A stretch of DNA of 64,000 nucleotides from Eledone cirrhosa (taxonomy: Eukaryota). Both the position numbers and the translations under genes were made by a program. The stretch spans positions 186,001 through 250,000 of the forward strand of contig CAXHJY010001677.1 of assembly GCA_964016885.1 (NCBI GenBank), read 5' to 3'. Below are positions 53,349 through 64,000 of the stretch, one piece after another (the stretch's first letter is position 1; each line of letters begins with the position of its first letter). The notes below the pieces were generated by a model. The model was not told where the DNA came from. It saw nothing but the letters and a program-made list of their open reading frames with translations, and made no database searches.

Positions 53349-55454
53349 AATACATTTATATATATATATATATATTTATATATATGTGTGTGTAAGTTTG
53401 TATACATGTCTACATTTGTGTCTGCATTTATGAAACTGAATTTAGCAGTTTGATAAAAAGAGAGGTCCATATAGTAAGAACCTGATATGAAATGTATGTA
53501 CTGGGGTCAATATAATTGTATAAAATCCCCTTAAGATCGTGGCTCAGCATGATTAGATTACTCTCTAATAAATGAAACAAGCAAAAATGTAGTTGAATTT
53601 GCTTTAATTAGATTGGTTAGATCTAGCATGAGAATGATAAATCAAGGGGTTAAATACGTTTCACTTTCTTTCTGCATTTCAATTATATAGTTTTATATTA
53701 AAATAATTATCATCCCTGTTATCTCAATTATTTAATCCATCCACTACAATATTTCTAATGAAGCACACTGCCTATGATTTTCAATTAATTTTAAAAATAA
53801 TCGAGAATTTGCAGTGATTTGGTGAAATTAATTAATTGAGTGATTACTTATCCAGTGTTTGGTGCAAGGTTTCTAGATAGAAATATAAAGACATTAAAAT
53901 AAACAATTTTGCATCATAAAACTAGAGTCATTTTCAATGGATTGCTCTTAAAATTATGAAGTCCTCAATTTACTGCTGAATACACCTACATTTTGGCAGT
54001 TCATTCTTGTTCAGATTCTATTTAACTTGGTTAGTAGGATTTAAACTTGATGATATGTTCTACTGAAAAAAACTGGCCAACAAAAATACTTAAATGTCAG
54101 TACATAATAAATATAAATATCAAACACATAAACCTAAATTTTGTAACAGTAACAAATTTGATGTTACATTCACACACTCCCCAATAGTCTTTGTCATACT
54201 GTCCTTTTACTATCTACTGGTGACAAAATGGTAAACAGTCTGTAACTACCTGTGCATGACAGCATCATTCTAGAAAATTCTCTAACTTTTGAATATCACT
54301 TATAACTATCATAATGATGGTGTATATAAAATACTTTTTACGGCTTTCTGTTTATCATAGAATGTCAAGTGAATTGTTGGATGCAACATATCGCTATGGA
54401 TGAAGATTAATTTTGAGATTTGCACGTTATCTTTGAATTTGAAGGATTTAGAGCGAAAGGGAAAAAGAAATTGTGGATATTCCTTTAAATTCTACTTTTT
54501 ATACTCTTTTTTTTTTATAGCTTTTCCCAAATCAGTTTTGCTTTTAAATTCCAAAAAAAAAATATATTGTTGTATACAAATTCATAAAAAAAAATAACCT
54601 CGATATTTTAGAATTATTATGTGAAGATCAATATCAATTTTATCCATTTAGTTATATGACTATTTTAGAAATGAGTAGATATTAAAATATATAAGGATTT
54701 GAAAGCAGGCAAAGAGTTGTGTTAGATTATTGTTACCTCTTTCTTTTCGTCCCCTAAGCTATTATTTAAGCCTACATATCAGTAAAACCTAAACAATGGT
54801 CAGACATGAATGTTTAACAGATATGTTGTGAGATGATGGCTGTGATGGTTGTATGGTGATGTGTTGGTGATCTGAACAATGTTGGCGAAGTATGAGATAA
54901 ATAGCGACCAACAAAGGAACATGTTACAACTGTGTTGTTAAGGAATTCACTTCAGAAACATGTTCCAGGTTTAGTCCCCTTACGTTTCACATTTAGCAAG
55001 TGTTTTATACTATAAGCTCACATTGGTTGGAATTTTGTAAACGGCAACTGCAGAAGCCTGTCATATAAGTTTTTGGGTATGTATGTTTTTTTAATTACAC
55101 TTGTATCTGTCTCTGTTATTTTAGCAATTCAACAAAAAATGATCATATATATACAATATTAAAAAAATAGCACAACTTGATACTGCATATATATTACATT
55201 GAATACGTTCAGTACAGTAAAAAAAAAGCACTGAAACATAGCACTGCTCCAGTTCACTTAGCTGGAAGAAATGTTTTGCTACAACATTGGTGCCAAACTG
55301 TATTGGCTTTTATCTTTCTCTTGGAGAACATTTGTTTCATACAGAAAGGAAACTTGCCTGTATGGGCAACTGATCAAACTTGCTCCCCAAAGAGGTAAAC
55401 TTGTAGTCAGTCAGTGAGTAATGAATGCAAACCCATGGCCAGTCCTGTGCTCTC

Positions 55455-56100
55455 ATAATAATAATAACAATAATGCTTTCTTAATTAGCCACACTGATCA
55501 TATTAAGGATACATTAAAGAGAGTTCAAGACGATACAGTGTGGGGTTTTTTGGGGAAGAATAGAATTTATAACAGAGATTAAGAAAATAAATATTTTAAA
55601 AAACAAACATAACAAATTCCCCATAGATGAGGAAACTCCAAAGTTTACTCGTGGAGAAAGCCCACAACAGCCATGGTCACCCTGACTACTAGGGCAAGCA
55701 CCTTCTCCCAGTTGTCCTCTCTCAATACTACTGGCGCATTCTCAGGTCAGGTTTATTCACATGGGCAATTTTGCATCTCTCACCTACCTTTCAACAAACT
55801 GGCTGGAAAACAGCAGTTCCCTCTCCACCAGGTGAAACTTGAAAAAGTTAATGAGAGTGTCACTGATGAGGAACTGCCTGTCTTTAACCCTTTCAGATGC
55901 TTCCTCCATCAATCTCTTTTACCGTGACCATGAGAAAGATAAAAACCATCTGTTCTTCCTGTTTAAAGGAGGGCAGCGGGGCAATCTTCAAGATGGATAG
56001 CCAGATCAATTGTACACATGACAGCAGATGTTTGACATAAAACCATAAGTCATAAAGAGTTTTATGAGGATGCTGAATGGATAGGGAGAGAATAAGAAAC
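55455..56100 (-). mobile_element. Tx1-like LINE 3' fragment
   Basis: Minus-strand end GTGGCTAATTAAGAAAGC-(ATT)n matches the end of the 32530-34540 element; QLIWLS..APLPSFKQE..FIFLMVTVKE parallels ORF 33934..34233. Confidence 0.65.
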
Positions 56101-57650
56101 AATGGTTGAGATTGAAGAACAGGAATGGGAATATATTACAATGAAGGAACTACCTCAAGCTTCATAGCTTCTCATCATCCCACCTCCAGTTAATGGAATG
56201 TTCCACCCATATCATCAGAAACCCTGAAAAGAATCCAAACTGGCTCACATTAGGGATAACATACCTACTCCCTAACGCAAGCAAAATGAAAATCCAAAAT
56301 AACTACAGGCTGTTCACTTGTTTGACAGCTATGTACAAAATACTTACATCTATCTTTACTGAAGTGATTTACCAGTTTCTTGATCAAAATAACATTCTTC
56401 CTCTTGAACAAAAAATATGCAAAAGAAACTCATACAGCAGCAAAACCAGCTATTTTATAAACCATATGTTACTCGAAAATGTTACATATGGGGCAGGAGT
56501 GATCATGTGGTTACTGAAAGAGCTATAAAGTTTAGACCAAAAGACAAGAAAGATATTGACTTAATATGGGATATTTCACCCAGAGAGTGATACAGACAGA
56601 TTATATGTACCGAGAAAAAGGGGAGGAAGAGGACTGATGGGGTGTGAAGACAGCATTAGAACAGAAGAAAATAACATGGTATGGTACATAAAAATTCCAC
56701 AAAACTTCTGTTGCTGGAAGTTAGAATGTAAGGGCTTTGCCAAAAATAAAAGATCGCAAAGAAAAAGCACAGTACAAGTATTTGAACATGGAGGAAACTG
56801 AAAATAAATGGAGAGAAAAAAATGTAAGGACAATTCCATTGGTGAACATAGGACAAACAGTGAAAAAAAGTTGGTTATGTATGATTAAAAGTGATCTAAA
56901 ACCAGAAAGAGAAACCTTAATCTGTGCTGCTCAAGAACAATATTAACTAACTACATCAAGCATAGAGTAGACCACACAACAGAAAGTGATTAGTGTAGAA
57001 TTTGTAGTACGAGTGGAGAAACTGTATGGCATATTACCAGTCAATGTTCACCACTATCTCAGAAAGAATAGAAGAGATGTCACGACACCATAGCAAGGAT
57101 AGTCCATTGGGTGATTTGTGGCAAATATGCACTTGACAAAGCAGAAAAGTGGTACGAACATAACCCTGAGGGCATTATCAAAAATGAAGATGCAAAGATC
57201 CTGTGGGATTTTGTGATACAATGTGACCATGAGATTGACCATAGGAGACCAGATATTGTATTAATTTATTAATTGAGAAAGAAGCAAACAGTGTTGGATC
57301 ATAGATATAGCCTGTCCAGCTGATAACAAGGTATGTGATAAATAAAGAAAAAATTGATAGGTTAGCTTGAGAGGTTAAGCAGTTGTGGTTAGTGAAAAAA
57401 GTGGTAGTAATACCAATAATAATTGGAGTCTTGGTAACTGAGTAAAGATCTTGAGAAGTACAATTAACAAATAGGTATTGCAATATGGATGAATCACTTC
57501 CACAAAACAGCATTGGTGGAACAGCTTAAATACTCCAGAGGGTACTAGAAAAATAAGGGGTGTTATCTCAGTTCACTGGTAGTGAAAAGTTAACACTGTA
57601 ATACATCTCTATCATTAGACGCTGAGCGAAGAAACAATAATAATAACAAC
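56100..57650 (+). mobile_element. R4/Dong-like LINE (RT + CCHC + restriction-like endonuclease), degraded and internally deleted
   Basis: WLTLGITYLLP..NYRLFTCL..YKILTS, DRLYVPRKKGGRGL, CRICSTSGETVWHITSQC, KILWDFVIQCDHEIDHRRPDIV, IIDIACP; (TAA)n tail. Confidence 0.88.
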
Positions 57651-57984
57651 TATTTCTTTATAACAACAACAAAAGAAAGAGTGCCAATAATATGCAAAAT
57701 GTGAATACATCAGCTTTGGCTGTTTTTTCTGTAGAAAAGTCATCTTGTTCTCAGACAACATTATGTTATTTTTTTTAATCAAATAAGATATTTAGACATT
57801 TTCATATTTTTATTTTTTTAAATTTCTATATGGTCGCCTGTTTTACTTCCAAAATCCTTCTGGCTCTAAAGAGTGTCAACATCAAATTGTTGTCGAGTAG
57901 CTTAAGTGTGATTTATTTTTTATTTATGAAGATGTGTGAGCGTATCTATGTATGTGTGCATATATCTATGTGTATATATGTATG

Positions 57985-58181
<197 letters not shown>

Positions 58182-58772
58182 GCAAATGTTTTTAGTGGCA
58201 AAACTGTGATCGAAAATATAAAATATAAACACTCCACCACCAAAAATACCCACTAAACAAAGAAAATGAAAACAAATCTGCCCTCAGTCTGTGTATTTGA
58301 TTTCAAGTGTTAAGAAGAAATTAATTGTTGCTGGTGTGACAGGATAAACATAATGTTAAGATGGCTACATAGATCATTTAAATATGAGTGGTTCCTTGGG
58401 GATGTGGTAGATTGTAATATTAAAAGAAAAAGGAAATCAAAAGTGAGGCATTGATGGGAGGGAGAGATAGACAGACAGACAGATGGATAGATAGATAGAT
58501 GGATGGATGGTTAGATAGATAGGCAGACACACAGAGAGTGGCTGAGGAAAACAGAAAAGTAATATATGCTAAAAATAAGCTGGAAAAACAAACAGGTGAA
58601 AGGAAGGTGGGAAGAGGTTTGTATTCTAGTTAGATTAGAATAATAAGAGGAATAAATAGAAATGATAAAGATGTGGGTCTTATTCTTATCCAGTCCACTT
58701 CACATCTAGGTAGTTTCTCTTTACCAAAGCTGAACATTTTTCTCTAAATCTCCATTATATGTTGTTTTGTGA

Positions 58773-59220
58773 TAGGTGGATTGGCAGTAGTGGTAGGTTG
58801 TCAGACAACATGCTTTGCAGCATAGAGTTACGACCCTTTATGTCAGAGTTCAAATCAAGCTGGTTAGCTTTGCCTTTCATGCTTACGGGGGTCATTAAAA
58901 TAAAGCACCAGCACTGGGTCAATTTAGTTGACTTTCCCCTCCCTTTCAAACTGCTGGCCTTGTGCCAAATGTTGAAACAATTATTATAAGTGCATTGGAC
59001 AGGCAGTATCGGTTGAGCATCGAACACTATCCTTTACAACATAGAGTTACGTCCCTTCTTTTACATTCTGATATCAAATCCTGCTAAGGATAGCCTTGCC
59101 TTTCATCCTTACAAGATCAATAAAATAAAGTACCAGTAATGCACTGGAGTCGATATAATCGACTTTCCCATGCTGTCTAAATTGCTGGCCTGGTGCCTAA
59201 ATCAGAAACCATTATTATTA
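58773..59220 (+). mobile_element. two tandem family A SINEs
   Basis: 58773-58988 and 59000-59220 each match 36315-36508. Confidence 0.8.
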
Positions 59221-59224
59221 GTAA

Positions 59225-60100
59225 TATTGTTATTTCCTGTTGTCACTGCATTACTGCATGCAGCTTTATATGCCTTGGATAATGTGCAGTGTATTTGTTT
59301 ATGTTTTATGAATTGTATTGAGAGTACACTTCACAATATGTGTACAGTGCCTGGGAATGCTATTTTTCATATGTTGTGAATATTTGTAAGTCCTGGAGTT
59401 TGGGTTATGTATGTCTGTGTTTTTTGTACAATGCATATAACATGTATTATTTTAAGTATTGTTTCTGTTTTAATCATCCACATTTGGACTATTTCTATCT
59501 CTAGAAATTTATATTTGGATAGTTTCTTTATTTCCTTGGTAGATATATTGTCGTCTGTGAGGATTGATATATCAGTTAGAAGATATTCTTTTTCTTTGTG
59601 GTCTTTGACTATAATATCTGGCCAGTTGCCTTTTATATCCCTGTCTATGTGTATTGGCATATCCAAGAGTATGATTGTTGTGTGTCTGTACCATCTTTCT
59701 CAGTTGGTATTTTGTAATGTTGGCATACCTTCCAGTGTACATTAATATCAACTCTATCATGTTTGTGGATATATTCTTTTCTGGCTAAAACTGGGGAGTC
59801 AGAGATAATGTGGTAAATTATTTCCCCCCACCTCCACCCATTCCACAGTTACTTATTGTGTTCTGTTTCATTTCTAGAGGAGGGGGGCTTTGATCTAGTT
59901 CTGTGATTAGAAATCTTTCAGTGTTTTGTAGCCAGTTTTGTAAGTCTTGCTTGTTAACTTTCTCTCTATTCAGCTTTTTGGGTATTGGTGATATAAGGGT
60001 TTTACTTCATTTTTTCATGACATTCTAGAGTTCTATTTTAAATTTAGATTTTTTTTTTCAAAATTTCTGTTGTTGTTTCTTTCTTTTCATTTCCCTTACA
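59225..60100 (-). mobile_element. R4/Dong-like LINE 3' fragment
   Basis: DMPIHIDRDIKGNWPDIIVKD..LLTDISI..KLSKYK.LEIEI, an REL endonuclease region. Confidence 0.8.
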
Positions 60101-60255
60101 ATTATCTGTCAATCCAATCTGTTTTGAATTTAGAAACAATCTGCATGACGTTCCTTTCTTGAATTTGAAAAACAAAATTCCTACCATCCATTTTTCAATT
60201 TATACAAACTTATTAATTTAATAAATGCATAGATATATATGTATTTAATGTATGC

Positions 60256-60305
<50 letters not shown>

Positions 60306-60311
<6 letters not shown>

Positions 60312-62165
60312 ATAATAATAAATGTGAAGACTAAAATCCAAAGAGGGCTCGATAAGGATAAATATATATCAAATATATAAGAACCATAGAGCAAATATTT
60401 ATTAAACTAATGTAATATTACCCTATTCGACGTGAGTATGGGCGCCAGCGATTCGGCGGAGTTTACAGACATTATCGGCCTTTTCCTTCTTTTCTCTATC
60501 AAGGAAGAATTCGCCAATTTGGGCGGTGGTTTGTACTGCGATGACGGTCTTTTGCCTATGACAAAGTGCGGTAGCATACACCTAGGAAAAATAGATCCCG
60601 ACGCATTATATGGTATAACCCACCATATAATATAATAACATTTTTAATAGAAATACCATTAAATTATCTTACTCTACGACTCCTAACCTTGCACATAACA
60701 TAACTGCTTCAAATTTAGCTAAATTACCTAGCCGTAGGAACACGTGCAACCCTGTAGCCAGTACTAACTGTAATTGTAGGAGTCGGGTTGACTGCGCTCT
60801 ATCCGGGAAATGCCTTTCCAATAACATTGTCTACAAATGTAATGTCGAAACACCCACGTCCTGTAGGGCCTACACAGGGTTAACTGCCAATAGATTCAAG
60901 CAGCATTTTTACATGCACACCCATTCTTTTCTTAACCCTTTAAGAAGGAATATGACGTCAATTTCAGCTTATATCTGGAGTCAACCACACCCAATATAGG
61001 TTACACTGGGAGATCCTAGCTAAGGCTAGATCGTATAACGGAAATAAAAGACCATGTTACCTTTGCGCCGCTGGAGCCCTGGAAATACTCTACGGCAATG
61101 ACCACATCTTAAACAAAAAATCTGAGGCAATTTCGGCTTGTAAACCCAAATTGCATAAAACTTTCATGTATTACAGCCCCACACTATACCCTAACAGGTA
61201 TTACGAACAATACGCCGATGATTTATGTCTTGATGTGGTATCTGAGTATACTTTATGCTTATACCATTACTTATTTGTATAGGTAAGTATATCGTACCCG
61301 TATGTTTTGTGAAGGTACGTATACTTTCTCGTACGTATATATGCTTGTATGTGTTATAGGTGTATATATGATATTATATATACTGGTATATGTGTATATA
61401 CTTATATGTATATGTGTATTTTGTGTTTGTGTGTGTATGCGTGTTTGCACGTATGTAAGGTGTGTATATATGTACATTGTGTTTTGGTTGACGTACGTTT
61501 GGTGAACATGTGTATTTACCTGTAGGTATGTGTATGCGTGCACTATATACGTATTTATGTGTGTATATTTATATACGTTTATATAATTATATGTATACAC
61601 ACACACACATATACTTTTTTATGTGTATTTGGTGTATACATTCGTATGTGTGCGGGTACAGATGTCGCGCGGGTTTATGTATGTGTGCGTGTGTTTATGT
61701 GTACGTGCATGTATATGCATGCATGGCGGGTGTTTTCGCGTATGCACGTGTATATACGTATATGGATGCGTGTATGTATATATTTAATTGTTATTGATTT
61801 TATATCCTCTGTCATTTTCGTTCTACTAATTTATTTACATTATTCTTAACTCTGAGGCCAAGAATCATTCGGTTTCCTAAATAGAATATTAGTCTACGAC
61901 TTCATTTATACCATAAACGTGGTTTTGTCTTTGCGTAATTGTTCTCTCGCACCGCATAACGACGTATTATCTTCGCTTTTTTCCGTTCTTTGCCAGGGTA
62001 CGTCTTCACGAACCAAAGTATCGTCTTCCTGTTTTCCTTCGGCTGCAACGCTTTTGAAATATTTACTTCTGCGTTCACATATTGATTTTTTTAGTTTCAG
62101 AAGATCCTGTTAAGGGTGAAAGCAGCGATTCTTTGCTTAAACTTTAATCTGTTATTTTAATAAAT
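60306..62165 (+). mobile_element. second, internally deleted copy of the 26.6-kb Penelope family, inserted in (TA)n
   Basis: MGASDSAEFTDIIG, LYCDDGL, CNCRSRVDC, NIVYKC..AYTGLT; same pLTR and same termini as 26647-30358; deletions within RT. Confidence 0.92.
62093..62143 (+). ncRNA. hammerhead-like motif (variant core), third copy
   Basis: Identical to 30286-30336 except a C>U in stem II that preserves pairing. Confidence 0.55.
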
Positions 62166-62269
62166 ATATATATATATATGAGAGAGAGCGAGAGAGATGC
62201 ATGCATACATATAACCATTCTCACTTACACAAACACATAAGGTGCGATAGTTTGCTTGGAGCATTGTGG

Positions 62270-62847
62270 AATATGAAAATCAAAAGTGGGTATGTTTAGA
62301 AATCCATACAATACAAGTGGATTAGAATTACCAAGGTAATAAATCATAAAGGAATTGTGAGAGATGAGGTAGAAAAAAAAAATGTGAGAGAAGAAGGAAA
62401 ATAAAAGAGAAAAAATAAAGAATGTCTGAAAGTTATTCAAGAATTTATTAGTCCCAAAATCTTTCGGATTTACCATCCATTATCAAGACGGGGGTCCACA
62501 GAGGGGCTTCAGATAAATCAGAGATTTCCTTCCTGGCAGCTGTTTATATTTTTTATTTGAAAAATCTCTTTTAAACAGGTACCAGGAAAGAAAATTCTGG
62601 TTTCTCTGATGCCCCTCCCTTCTGTGGATCTCCTCCTGATAATGGATGGTAAACCTGAAAAAATGTTGAAACTAATGAATTGCTAAGATAACTTTCAGTC
62701 ATTCTTTCTTTTTTTATTTTATTTTCCTTCTTCCACTTTTTGCTTTCTACCTCATCTCTCTCAATTCTCTTCAGATTTGTTACCTTGATAATTCTAATCC
62801 ACTTTCATTGTATGGTGTTCTAAACATACTCACTTTTCATTTTTATA
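62270..62847. repeat. diverged inverted repeat with ~280-bp arms
   Basis: AAAAGTGGGTATGTTTAGAA..GTGGATTAGAATTA..TTTACCATCCATTATCA..TCCACAGA.. mirrored in 62572-62847. Confidence 0.85.
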
Positions 62848-62857
62848 TGTATATATA

Positions 62858-63992
62858 TCATCATCATCATCACCATTTTACGTCCATTCTTCCATGCTAG
62901 CATGGGTTAGATGGGTTGTCCTGTTGTGGGCAATGCCAAGACGGGTGACCATGTCTTGCTCATAAGGGAACTGGTTTTGGCTTTGGACTGGGTTCTTTTA
63001 TGTCATGACACCTCCATGACCACGTTGCAGTGGGAGGGGTGGGGGGCATATTGTCTATATACTTCAGCTTCGGCTTTTACCATTTGGTCATGCCACATCT
63101 TGCTCAAATGGGACTGTATATTGGCCATTTTATTTACAGCTGGATGCCCTTCCTAACACAAACAATGTTGACAGTGTGAGACTGTGTGGTCCTGTTATGA
63201 TGAGGGTCTGGCCAATTGGTTGTGCTGTAACCTGCTCATAAACAGATCCATATTTGGGAGCTGGGTTGACTCATACTGAGGTAGGTCTGGCCAGTTGGTT
63301 GTGTTGAGCATTGCTCATAGTGGGGCCTGTTTTGCCTGAGGATTTCTACGGCTGTTGAATGCCCTTCCTAACACCAACCACATTTACAATATGGAACTGA
63401 GTGTTCCAGCTTATGAGGCAAGTCGGACCAGTTGGGCGAACCATACTTTGCTCACATGGGACTGTGTCTTGCCTAGGCTTTTACACATGCTAGGTGTCCT
63501 TCCTATTAGCAACCACGTTTACATTGTAGAACTGCATGTTCTCTTTATGGGGAGGGTCTTGCCTGTTGGAGGTGCCTAGACTTGTTCATACGGGACCACA
63601 TTTTGACTGGCTTTTTACAACTGCTGGATGTTCTTGCTAAAGCAAAATATATTTACAGTGTGTGACTGGGTGGTCACACTTATGAGGTTAGTCTAGCCAG
63701 TTGGCCAGCTCATCCTGGACCAGATTTTGGCTGCTCAATGTCCTTCCTAAACACCAACCACATTTACAGTGTGGAACTGGGTGGTCCCATTATGAGAAGT
63801 GTCTGGTCAGTTGGCCATGCCGTATCCTGCTTGTAGTGGTTCTGTTATCAAAATGTGTGTGTTCGGATGGATATATAAAATCAGTTCCATATGAGCAAGA
63901 TATGGTCACCTGACCTGGCATTGCCCACAACAGGAAAATACGTCTAACCCAAGCTAGCATGGAAGAATGGATGTAAAACAGTGATGATGATT
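62858..63992. repeat. composite of family C tails: outward-facing (GAT)n ends enclosing diverged ~120-bp tandem units
   Basis: 62858-62980 is the inverted counterpart of 63880-63992; GATGCCCTTCCTAACACCAACCACATTTACA variants recur at ~63145, 63360, 63495, 63628 and 63740. Confidence 0.75.
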
Positions 63993-64000
63993 ATAAATAT

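Overview
AT-rich, microsatellite-dense animal genomic DNA dominated by transposable elements. The SINE families, (TA)n tracts and LINE spectrum suggest a cephalopod (octopus-like) genome; this is inference. The window holds a full-length but disrupted Ty3/Gypsy (Mag-like) LTR element with 276-bp LTRs and a GTATG TSD, nested in a decayed mariner. It also holds several Penelope-like elements (two related RT+GIY-YIG copies, one with ~1-kb inverted arms, plus Neptune-like GIY-YIG remnants), RTE, Tx1 and R4/Dong-like LINE fragments, a second Tc1/mariner-superfamily element, a hAT (Charlie-like) element, TTAA and TA MITEs, and many tRNA-derived SINEs. No intact host gene is recognisable; a few weak exon candidates and promoter-like motif clusters exist. 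The most interesting signals are a set of hammerhead-ribozyme motifs (canonical, U3-A8 covariant, and a family-conserved non-canonical variant) in Penelope-type sequence in or near (TA)n, a reproducible tail-out insertion architecture of one Penelope family, a PBS-overlapping 22-bp tandem array plus a second U5/PBS look-alike in the Gypsy element, and four independent TA-centred fold-back palindromes. No prokaryotic features or CRISPR arrays.
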